A stretch of 64,000 nt of DNA from an uncultured Gemmatimonadales bacterium. GTDB lineage: Bacteria > Gemmatimonadota > Gemmatimonadetes > Gemmatimonadales > GWC2-71-9. Where the stretch lies: contig CAWGSK010000011.1 of the NCBI GenBank assembly GCA_963825055.1, forward strand, positions 32,001 to 96,000, in the 5' to 3' direction. Positions 9,926-17,816 of this stretch are shown in pieces. Under the pieces are notes generated by a model. It saw only the letters and a program-made list of their open reading frames with translations. It was not told where the DNA came from and made no database searches. Made by a program: the position numbers and the translations under genes. Numbering within the stretch: the stretch's first letter is position 1; each line of letters begins with the position of its first letter.

Positions 9926-10205
9926 GAGCATGATCCGGGCGGCAACCGCCTGCGTTTCACTATCGTCGTGCCCGCAGAATCCGAGGGTGGTACCCGGGGG
10001 CTGACCGCCAGCCAGGGCGGCACCTGTCTCGCCACGGCAAGGCGTGCCTCCCCCTGGCAACCCCGCCTGCAGTCGACGGTTAGAGGCCCCCTCTTGCGGC
10101 GGGCGGAGGCCGATGCATAATAGGCAACGCCAGCACGTTGCTGCGGCCGGGGGACCCCACGTCCCGGGCAGGTTGTGTACCTCCACGCGCATCCTGAGGT
10201 GCCGT

Positions 10206-10619
10206 ATGTCGCCCGCCAAGCTGCTTCGCCTGCTGGTGATCCCCTGCCTTATCAGTTGCCAGGAAGACCCGACGAGCTCCGTCACCCTGAAACCGCTGAT
10301 GGAGGTAGGCGAGGGCCTGAGCGAGTTGCTTCCCCACGAGCAGGAGGGAACCCCGCTTACCCTCACCGTCACCGTGACTCGCGCCGGCCTGCCGGCGCCC
10401 GGGCTCGAGGTCTACTGGTATGACGGAAACGTCTGGAGCAGCCTGAGTGACAGGTCATCCCTGACTGATGCCAACGGAGTTGCCAAGGTCATCTGGACGC
10501 TTCCCACCATCCCGGCGAACGCTCCCTGGGCTACGTATTCCGTTCAGGCATCCCTGCCGGGCGCGACTGGCAACCCCATTGTCTATACGATTGAGGTGTA
10601 CCGCTGCACCCGGTGCTGA
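10206..10619 (+). CDS. Putative lipoprotein with Ig-like (Big_1/invasin-like) domain
   Basis: LLVIPCLISC lipobox-like signal; TDANGVAKVIWTL Ig-like strand motif; ends in CTRC. Confidence 0.55.
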   Translation: MSPAKLLRLLVIPCLISCQEDPTSSVTLKPLMEVGEGLSELLPHEQEGTPLTLTVTVTRAGLPAPGLEVYWYDGNVWSSLSDRSSLTDANGVAKVIWTLPTIPANAPWATYSVQASLPGATGNPIVYTIEVYRCTRC

Positions 10620-10722
10620 CGAGACACGTCCCGGCCGGCCCCGCACAGGGCTGGAGTTGATCGGGACCATCGCCTCCTCCCGCACCCTCCAGCCTCCCGA
10701 ACCAGACCAGGAGGGAAATCAC

Positions 10723-10950
10723 ATGGGCAAGCGGATTACGCTGGGCTTGGCGGGGGGACTGCTGGGGTATCTGCTGGGTGCCTTCGGTGGTGGCTTTCTG
10801 GTGTCCGTCCTGTCCTCAAATACCCACGATCGCTCGATCGAGGCCGCGATGACCGGGGCGTTCGTGCTGGGCCCGCTGGCGGCGATCGCCGGGGTGGTGC
10901 TGGGCGTCCGGCGTGCCCGGTCAGCCGGCTCGACTCCCGGCGCCGGCTGA
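10723..10950 (+). CDS. Small two-TM membrane protein
   Basis: GGAGGG RBS; two Gly-rich hydrophobic helices around SSNTHDRSIEAAMT. Confidence 0.75.
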   Translation: MGKRITLGLAGGLLGYLLGAFGGGFLVSVLSSNTHDRSIEAAMTGAFVLGPLAAIAGVVLGVRRARSAGSTPGAG

Positions 10951-10995
10951 CCCCCCCGGCATCCGGACCTGCCCGCCGCCCAGGGCCGCGCCCGC

Positions 10996-12879
10996 TTACT
11001 CCGGCGCGGTCCATGTGTTGTTGGTCGTGTCCGCGTCCACCCAGATCCCACCATCGAGCGCCACCGAGCGCAGCGCCTTGCCCCCCCGCACCACGACCGT
11101 CGCCCGCCGCTGGTCGGCCTCCCAGATCCCCGGCATCTGGTGCAACGTCGCGGTGCTGCCGTCCGCAAACGTGAGCACGAGGTCCACCGGCGCCGCCATG
11201 CCGCCGACGTTATCGAGGACGACGCGGTAGTCGCTTCCCGCGCGGGTCACGCTCGCGATGCCCACGTCGATGTATGCATTGCTGAAGAACCAGTTGTCCC
11301 AGAACCAGTCGAGGTTTCGGCCGGTCACGTCGTTGAAGGTGTAGAAGAAGTCCCAGGGGATCGGGTGCCTGCCGTGCCATCGGTCCATGTAGGCGTGGAG
11401 CGCCTTGGCGAAGAGCGCGTCTCCCAGCAGATCCTTCACGGCGAGGTAGCCCTGGGCGGGTTTACCATAGGCGTTACTGCCCGAGACATAGGGCGTGGTG
11501 ATGGGGATTTCGTTCAGGGCGCCGGAGGCACGAAACTGCTGGAAGTTCTTCGTCGCCCGCTCCCGGCCGAGGTCGGCGACCGAAATGAGGTACTCGAACG
11601 TCGTGGCCCATCCCTCGTCCATGAATCCGTGACGGGTCTCGTTGATGCCCATGTAGAACGGGAACCAGGTGTGCGCGATCTCGTGCTCGGCCACGAATCG
11701 GGAAAAGACGGTATCGGCATAGCTCTCGTCGTTGACCATCATGGGATATTCCATCCCGGCAAACCCCTGCACCACCGTGGTTCTCTCGTAGGGGTAGGGC
11801 ACACCCGGCCAGTGGTGCGAAAGCCAGTCCAGTGCGTGCCGGGCGTACCGCGCCATGTGGTGAAAGTCCGCCGCCGCGTCGTCGTAGGCGGCCTGCGCCC
11901 CGGCACGCCGCCCGGTGGCATCGTCCACCACGACGCTGGTGGCGTCCCAGTCGTAGTGGTTGCTCAGGGCGAAGGTCATGTCCGGTACGCCGGTGGCGGT
12001 GAAGTGCCACGCATTGACCGGCTGCTGCGCGGTGACGGCCCGGGCGGCCACCTGGGCCGCGGTCGCCACCACGATCGTCGTATCCGCCGTTTCCGAGGCG
12101 CGCAGCCGCTCTGCGACGGCCGGTTGAAGTACGGCTGGTGCGTTGGTCAGCGTGCCGGTGCCCCAGACCACGTAGTTGGCCGGGACCTTCACGGTCACGT
12201 CGTAGTCATTGAAATCGCTGTAGAACTCGAGCGCGTCATCGAAGTTGTGGGTGTCCCAGCCGTTCACGTCGTCGTAGACCGCGACGCGCGGATAGAAGTA
12301 GGCGAGGAAGAAGGTGGTCGAGTCGATCGCACCCTCGCGGCCGCTCTGACGCGACATCTCGTAGTGCCAGTCGAAGCTGAGGTGCACCGAATCGCGCGGC
12401 ATCAGCGGCGCGGGGAGGCGGACAGGCTGCCAGGTGAAATACCGGCCGCTGCTGTCCCACGGGACCGCCTGGCCGCTGACGGAAAAGCGGTCGACGTGGA
12501 CGCCGGAGGTGAGATAGTCCGCCCCCGCACCGCCGGCCCGGGGCGCACCCGGCTTGTGGATGTTGACGAGCAGCCGGAAGACCAGGGCGCGCAGTGTGTC
12601 CGGGCTGTCATTGAAATAGACGATCTGCTCGCTGCCGGTGACCTTGCGGTCTGGTGGTGTCGTGGCCACCGTGATGGCGTAGCGGGCGTGGTTCTGCCAG
12701 TACTTCGGTCCGGGCCGCCCATCGCGGGAGCGGGTGCCGTGGGCCCAGGCCTCCTTGACGGCGTGTGGCGCGTACAACTCCTGCGCGACGGCGGGTCGAG
12801 GCACTGCCGCGGCGAGAAGTGCGAGGGACACGCCTGCCAGGGTCGCGGGCCGGAGCCACGGGGAAGAACCGGGTTGCAT
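10996..12879 (-). CDS. M1 family metallopeptidase, secreted
   Basis: Signal peptide; YWQNHARY; GMEYP; HEIAHTWF zinc motif followed by DEG; YGKP. Confidence 0.9.
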   Translation of the reverse strand: MQPGSSPWLRPATLAGVSLALLAAAVPRPAVAQELYAPHAVKEAWAHGTRSRDGRPGPKYWQNHARYAITVATTPPDRKVTGSEQIVYFNDSPDTLRALVFRLLVNIHKPGAPRAGGAGADYLTSGVHVDRFSVSGQAVPWDSSGRYFTWQPVRLPAPLMPRDSVHLSFDWHYEMSRQSGREGAIDSTTFFLAYFYPRVAVYDDVNGWDTHNFDDALEFYSDFNDYDVTVKVPANYVVWGTGTLTNAPAVLQPAVAERLRASETADTTIVVATAAQVAARAVTAQQPVNAWHFTATGVPDMTFALSNHYDWDATSVVVDDATGRRAGAQAAYDDAAADFHHMARYARHALDWLSHHWPGVPYPYERTTVVQGFAGMEYPMMVNDESYADTVFSRFVAEHEIAHTWFPFYMGINETRHGFMDEGWATTFEYLISVADLGRERATKNFQQFRASGALNEIPITTPYVSGSNAYGKPAQGYLAVKDLLGDALFAKALHAYMDRWHGRHPIPWDFFYTFNDVTGRNLDWFWDNWFFSNAYIDVGIASVTRAGSDYRVVLDNVGGMAAPVDLVLTFADGSTATLHQMPGIWEADQRRATVVVRGGKALRSVALDGGIWVDADTTNNTWTAPE

Positions 12880-13010
12880 CTGTTGCCTCATTTCACCTGA
12901 ATCCATGGGTCGCGGATGGTTTCCTGTCTGCCGGACTGGCGCAGTGGGGCCTGGCGCCCGCCTCACCAGGGCCTCGCAAGAGCGGGGCGGAGTCATCAGG
13001 CCGCACGAGG

Positions 13011-13496
13011 CTACGGGAGCGCGGGTCCCCATATCTGGTGGCTGATCCTCCATGTACCGTCCGCCTGACGGCGCAGCAGCGTGAGGTTGGCACTTCTGAC
13101 GGTCGACGACTGACGAACGGTGTCCTTCTCATAAAGCCAGCTGAGGGTTGAGAATCCTCTCGTGTAGGCGAACCCGGACCCGCCGTCCAGCTCAGCGATG
13201 GGCCACTCGAAACTCTCGATGGTCGTGCGGGAGCCATCGTCCGGCCACCAGAAGGCGCGAATGGCCGCCTGGCCAATGACCGGTTCCCGCCCGGGAGGCA
13301 TGAGCACGGCGTCCGGCGACAACGTCGCAAGCACCCCCAGGGTATCATCCGCCAGCCACGCCCGCACGTATGAGGACTGGACTTCGCGGATCGCCACGGA
13401 GTCCCCGGCCGTCAGACGTACGGAATGCGCGGACGGTGCATCGCACGCGACAAGGGCCAGCACGGCCCCGAGCGCAAGGCCTGGGCGTACATCCAT
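13011..13496 (-). CDS. SnoaL/NTF2-like (DUF4440) protein, probable lipoprotein
   Basis: LVAC lipobox; DAVLMPPG..PVIG..AIR; RRQADGTWRI. Confidence 0.75.
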   Translation of the reverse strand: MDVRPGLALGAVLALVACDAPSAHSVRLTAGDSVAIREVQSSYVRAWLADDTLGVLATLSPDAVLMPPGREPVIGQAAIRAFWWPDDGSRTTIESFEWPIAELDGGSGFAYTRGFSTLSWLYEKDTVRQSSTVRSANLTLLRRQADGTWRISHQIWGPALP

Positions 13497-13589
13497 GAGA
13501 TTATCCACCTGACGTGTAGGGGTACTACGGGAGCCGGGCGGCTGCGGTTTCCGGTGCGGACTGCCAGGCGCTCAAGACTTCCCGGCGCG

Positions 13590-15161
13590 TCACGGGGCCT
13601 CGACGCCCAGGGCGAGCTGAACCGCCGCCAGCAAATCCTCGGCCGTAAAGGGCTTCTGCAGCAGCTCCCCCGCCGCGCCGAGGTGCATGAGATCGTCCAG
13701 CAGTTCGGCGGAGTAACCCGACATGAAGAGCAGCGGCAGGGCGGGCCAGCGACCGTGCACCTGCTCCGCCAGCTCGATCCCGCCCATCACCGGCATCATG
13801 AGGTCGGTCAGCACCAGGTCGGGGATTCCCTGATGCTGGATCACCTCGAGCGCTTCCGCACCGTTTGCGGCGTGCGACACCAGGTATCCGCCGCTCCGGA
13901 GCATCCGGGTCACACTCTCCAGCAGCCCCGGCTCATCGTCCACCACCAGCACTTCGGCCCCGGACGATGGCCTCACCGGTACGGTGGCCGGGGGTTGGAC
14001 CAGGCCTTCCTCACGGCCCGCCGCCGGCAGGTAGAGGCTGAACGTGGTGCCCTCCCCCGGCATGCTCGCCACCGTGATGTATCCGTCGTTCTGGGTCAGT
14101 ATCCCGCTGGCCGCCGCCAGGCCGAGCCCGGTGCCCTGCCCTATCTCCTTGGTCGTGAAGAAGGGCTCGAAGATCCGCCTCAGGGTCACGGCATCCATGC
14201 CGCTCCCGGTGTCGCGCACATGGATGACTGCGTAGCGTCCCGCCGGGATCGACCCGGTTACGGCGTCCACCGGGGTGGCGAGATCCGTCGCCACAGTCGT
14301 GATCCTGAGCACCCCCGCCCGGGACATCGCCGCGGTAGCGTTCAGGGTGAGGTTGACCAGGACCTGCTGCAACTGGGCCGGATCAACCCAGGAGAGCAGG
14401 GCGCCGCGCCCGCGCATCTCCAGCACCTGTCCCTGGCCCAGTATCCGCCGCAGCATGGGTGCGGCATCGCGCACGGCCGCCCGGAGATCGACCACCGCGG
14501 GCCGATGCACCGCCCGACGAGAGTAGGACAGCAACTGCGTGGTCACTGCCGCGGCCCGGCTGGCCGCCTGCACGATCTCGCGTACATCCGGCAGGCACTC
14601 CGCCGGCAGGCGTGTATCCTGGATAAGGGACGCGCCAAATCCCAGGACGACCTGCAGCATGTTGTTCACCTCATGTGCCACGCCTCCCGCAAGGGCACCA
14701 ACCGTTTCCATCCGCTGCGCCTGCTGCAGCCGTTCTTCCATGGTCCGTGCAATCCGGTCCGCGTCGAGGCGGTCGCTGATGTCCCGGATGATCAGCAGCA
14801 CGGATGGCTGGCCCTGGTCCGTGAAGGCCACCGCCCGGATCTCCACCGGCAGGTCAACGCCATCCAGCCGGTGCAGCGTGTCCCGGACCGGCTGGGCGAC
14901 GTCCCGGACACCGGATGCCGAGCACAATTGCCCCCTGACCGCCTTCAGGTAGGGAGGATCGAGGAGGGAGTCAACCGGGAGCGTCAGGAGCTGGTCGGGA
15001 CGGGTGGCGCCGGCCAGGTGGGCCGCGGCATCATTGGCCAGCACGACCTCGCCCGAGGAGTGCACGAGAATGCCGTCGGGAGAGAGTTCCACCAGACGCT
15101 CGAAGCCTTCATCCACAGGCAGGACCGCACTGGCGACGGTACGAGCGTCCCGGGCGATCAT
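13590..15161 (-). CDS. PAS hybrid histidine kinase with receiver domain
   Basis: PAS (LVELSPDGILVH), H-box GGVAHEVNN, PFFTTK, GTGLGL, receiver TDLMMP; ATGA overlap with the upstream ATPase stop. Confidence 0.92.
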   Translation of the reverse strand: MIARDARTVASAVLPVDEGFERLVELSPDGILVHSSGEVVLANDAAAHLAGATRPDQLLTLPVDSLLDPPYLKAVRGQLCSASGVRDVAQPVRDTLHRLDGVDLPVEIRAVAFTDQGQPSVLLIIRDISDRLDADRIARTMEERLQQAQRMETVGALAGGVAHEVNNMLQVVLGFGASLIQDTRLPAECLPDVREIVQAASRAAAVTTQLLSYSRRAVHRPAVVDLRAAVRDAAPMLRRILGQGQVLEMRGRGALLSWVDPAQLQQVLVNLTLNATAAMSRAGVLRITTVATDLATPVDAVTGSIPAGRYAVIHVRDTGSGMDAVTLRRIFEPFFTTKEIGQGTGLGLAAASGILTQNDGYITVASMPGEGTTFSLYLPAAGREEGLVQPPATVPVRPSSGAEVLVVDDEPGLLESVTRMLRSGGYLVSHAANGAEALEVIQHQGIPDLVLTDLMMPVMGGIELAEQVHGRWPALPLLFMSGYSAELLDDLMHLGAAGELLQKPFTAEDLLAAVQLALGVEAP

Positions 15162-16858
15162 TGATCGGACGACCACCCGGTGGCGTGGAACCGGGTACCC
15201 GACTTCTCCACGTACTCCAGTTGCAGCAGCCGGCCCAGGAGCCCTGGCATCACGTCGGTACCCAGTCCTGTGGTCCGCACAATATCAGCCGTGAGCATCG
15301 GGCCCGAGAGCGTGATCGCCTCCAGGACCTGCAACTCCGAAACCGTCAGCCCGGGAAACGATTCCTGCGGCGCACGAAGCTGGCGAATCGGCGACCCCGA
15401 GGCGATGGCGTCATAGTTGCGCATCGATTTCCGCAACTGGATCCCCGACGTCGTGATGTCGTAGGCCCGGAACTCCCGGCTGTGCTTGCTGCCCCGCATC
15501 TTCACCACGACCAGGACCTTGCAGAGCTCTCCCTCGATCTCGACATACCGCTGGCTGAGGACGTCGTCAGTGAGGAACGAGACCTGGTAACCGGTGAACT
15601 GCAGCCCCGTCCCTTCTCCCCGCCCGACGACCTCGACCGTGGAGAAGACCGTGACACCCAGCGCCGTGAGCGCGCCGATCAGGCGGTAGAGCGACTCCCG
15701 GAAATCCTCCCGGAAGGCGGGAGCCAGCGCCATCTCGAAACCCGAGAGCGAGTCGATCACCACCCGGCTGGCCCCGATGGCCGCGACCGAGGTCCGGATC
15801 TCATCCAGCGTTTCGTCGACCGAAAGATCAAGCGGCCGGAGGTAGATGATCCGCAGCCGGTCAGCCTCGAGCGCGCCATGCAGGTCCACGTCCACCGTCC
15901 GGGCGCGGTCGAGATACGATTCGGGGTGCTCCTCGAAGATGACGACAACCGCCGTCTCACCGGCCTGCAGCCCGGCCGCGACAAACCGCATCGCGAAGGT
16001 GGTCTTGCCAGTCCCGGTGGGGCCCGCGAGGACCAGAGAATCACCCGCCGGGATCCCGCCACCCATCATGGCATCGAGGCCGATGATGCCGGTGGAAAGC
16101 CGGTCGCGCCCCCGCTTGGATACGTCGGTGGTACGGGTCGGGGTGCGGGGAAATACCTGCATCCCGGCCCGACTGAGGCGGATCGTGTGCACGCCTGGCA
16201 TTGGATCGGCGCCGCGCATCTTCACCACCTGGAGTCGGCGCACGACCGAGTTGCGGTTGGTGGCCTGCGAGAGCCAGATGATCCCATCCGCCACCGTGAA
16301 GACGGGGTCGCGCAGCTCCTGGTCCGGGTACTCGCCAATCAGGAGCGTGGTGATTTCCCAGGTGGCCATGCGCAGGGCCAGGCGCTGCACGAACTGCTCG
16401 ACATATCCCGCGGGTGCCTCGTTCGCCTTGACCAGGGAGCGGTAGGAGTCCACCACGATCATGGACGGACCGAGGCGCTGCACCTCCTGGGTGATGCGAT
16501 GCAGCATCGCGTCGAGGTCGCCGGTCAGCGCCTCCTCGCTCAGGTTGAGAAAGTGTATACTCGACCCGATCAGGGACGCATCGAAGAAGTCGAACAGCTG
16601 CTGATAACGCATCATCTTGATCGAGGACTCCCCCAGCATCGTGATGAACAGCCCGGGGCGTTCCGGCGTGGCGATGGCGTACATGCACTGCATCGCAAGG
16701 GTCGTCTTGCCGGAGCCCGGGGTGCCGGCAATGAGATTGAACGAATAGGCCGGCAATCCTCCACCGAGGACCGCATCCAGGCCGGGTACGCCGGTGGCGA
16801 GCGTGGCCAGCGGCGGTGGACGCGGCGCCGGGATTGGTCGGGCGCGCTTCTTAGTCAT
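15158..16858 (-). CDS. KaiC/RAD55-like double-domain ATPase with C-terminal winged HTH-like extension
   Basis: TGVPGLD, GTPGSGKT, VKMRG; TGIIGLD, GPTGTGKT, IFEE, IDSLS, VKMRG; tail LTVSELQVLEAI...LLGRLLQLEYVEK. Confidence 0.88.
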   Translation of the reverse strand: MTKKRARPIPAPRPPPLATLATGVPGLDAVLGGGLPAYSFNLIAGTPGSGKTTLAMQCMYAIATPERPGLFITMLGESSIKMMRYQQLFDFFDASLIGSSIHFLNLSEEALTGDLDAMLHRITQEVQRLGPSMIVVDSYRSLVKANEAPAGYVEQFVQRLALRMATWEITTLLIGEYPDQELRDPVFTVADGIIWLSQATNRNSVVRRLQVVKMRGADPMPGVHTIRLSRAGMQVFPRTPTRTTDVSKRGRDRLSTGIIGLDAMMGGGIPAGDSLVLAGPTGTGKTTFAMRFVAAGLQAGETAVVVIFEEHPESYLDRARTVDVDLHGALEADRLRIIYLRPLDLSVDETLDEIRTSVAAIGASRVVIDSLSGFEMALAPAFREDFRESLYRLIGALTALGVTVFSTVEVVGRGEGTGLQFTGYQVSFLTDDVLSQRYVEIEGELCKVLVVVKMRGSKHSREFRAYDITTSGIQLRKSMRNYDAIASGSPIRQLRAPQESFPGLTVSELQVLEAITLSGPMLTADIVRTTGLGTDVMPGLLGRLLQLEYVEKSGTRFHATGWSSDQ

Positions 16859-17333
16859 CGGTGCCTCTAGGGAAGGGACGCTCCGGGTAGGACGGTCCGG
16901 CGCAGGCCAGGGTAAGGAGATCGCCGGCGACCTGGGGCCCGACCGTGTGGCCGAGCAGGTCCGTCAGGGTCGCGAGCATGGCGATGACCGCCTTGTCCCG
17001 TGCGGCGGGCACCGGCAGAGGTTTTCCGGAGGGGAGCGGTACGACATCTCCGGCGAATGATGTGACCGACTCGATCGCCGGATGCGCCACCCGCACCAGG
17101 CCAAACGCACGATCGAGGAGCACATAGTATCCATCCACGCCGATCCAGCGGCTCAGCCTGTCGCGCACCTGCTGACCCAGAGACTCGGCGGCGGCGGCCC
17201 TCTCGGCCGGCGTCCGTGCCCGCCGCGTGGCCTGGGTCCAGAGTTGTCGGGCAAGCGCGGTGGCGGCGGTGCCGGTCGCGGGATCCACATCCCCGACCGG
17301 GACCGTCCGGGCAGACGACCTGCGACTCGGCAC
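16851..17333 (-). CDS. Hypothetical alpha-helical protein translationally coupled to the KaiC-like ATPase
   Basis: AGGAG RBS 7 nt before GTG at 17333; LSRWIG..GYYVLLDRA...LLGHTVG..VA pattern; ATGACTAA overlap with ATPase start. Confidence 0.7.
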   Translation of the reverse strand: MPSRRSSARTVPVGDVDPATGTAATALARQLWTQATRRARTPAERAAAAESLGQQVRDRLSRWIGVDGYYVLLDRAFGLVRVAHPAIESVTSFAGDVVPLPSGKPLPVPAARDKAVIAMLATLTDLLGHTVGPQVAGDLLTLACAGPSYPERPFPRGTDD

Positions 17334-17635
17334 GAAAAAAACTCCTGACCAGAGAGGAACTGGACTCCAATGACCTCCATTGAAGCGTACCGGTGCGCCC
17401 GTGCACGGGCAATCGCCCATTGGACGGGGCCGGGTGACTAGATCCGAAGATGGAGAGAAGCCCCTCCGACCGGCCCGGAGCGCACCGCTGCCCGCGGTGG
17501 GCCCCGAGGTCACCGGAGCTGGCGACCGGCTGGTTTTCCGAGGAGCGAGGCGGCCAGTCGGCCCTCCGCTTCGTTACCTGCATGCTCAGGGGAAGTGGCC
17601 GCTCAGGCGCAGGATGGTCACACCCGGGGGCGCAG

Positions 17636-17644
17636 TGGTATAAT
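17636..17644 (+). promoter_or_regulatory. Extended -10 promoter element TGGTATAAT, probably for the GH3/GH29 operon
   Basis: Perfect TATAAT with TG extension in a divergent intergenic region of a GC-rich genome. Confidence 0.5.
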
Positions 17645-17816
17645 CTGCCTGTCCAACCGTTCCGGCTCTCAATCGTTGACTCACACAGGGGGACCACGTT
17701 ACGGGCCTCACTGGGTTCCCTGCGCGGATGGTGCGTTCCTCCTCATACGCCGTAACGGCCGGGAACTACTATCGCGAGGCCGGCCGGACCAGCGCGATCG
17801 ACGCGATGGCGGGCAC

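Noticed and set aside
10600..10720. TGA after the C-terminal CTRC motif as a second Sec read-through candidate
   Set aside because: The downstream frame looks non-coding and there is no SECIS-like hairpin at the expected spacing
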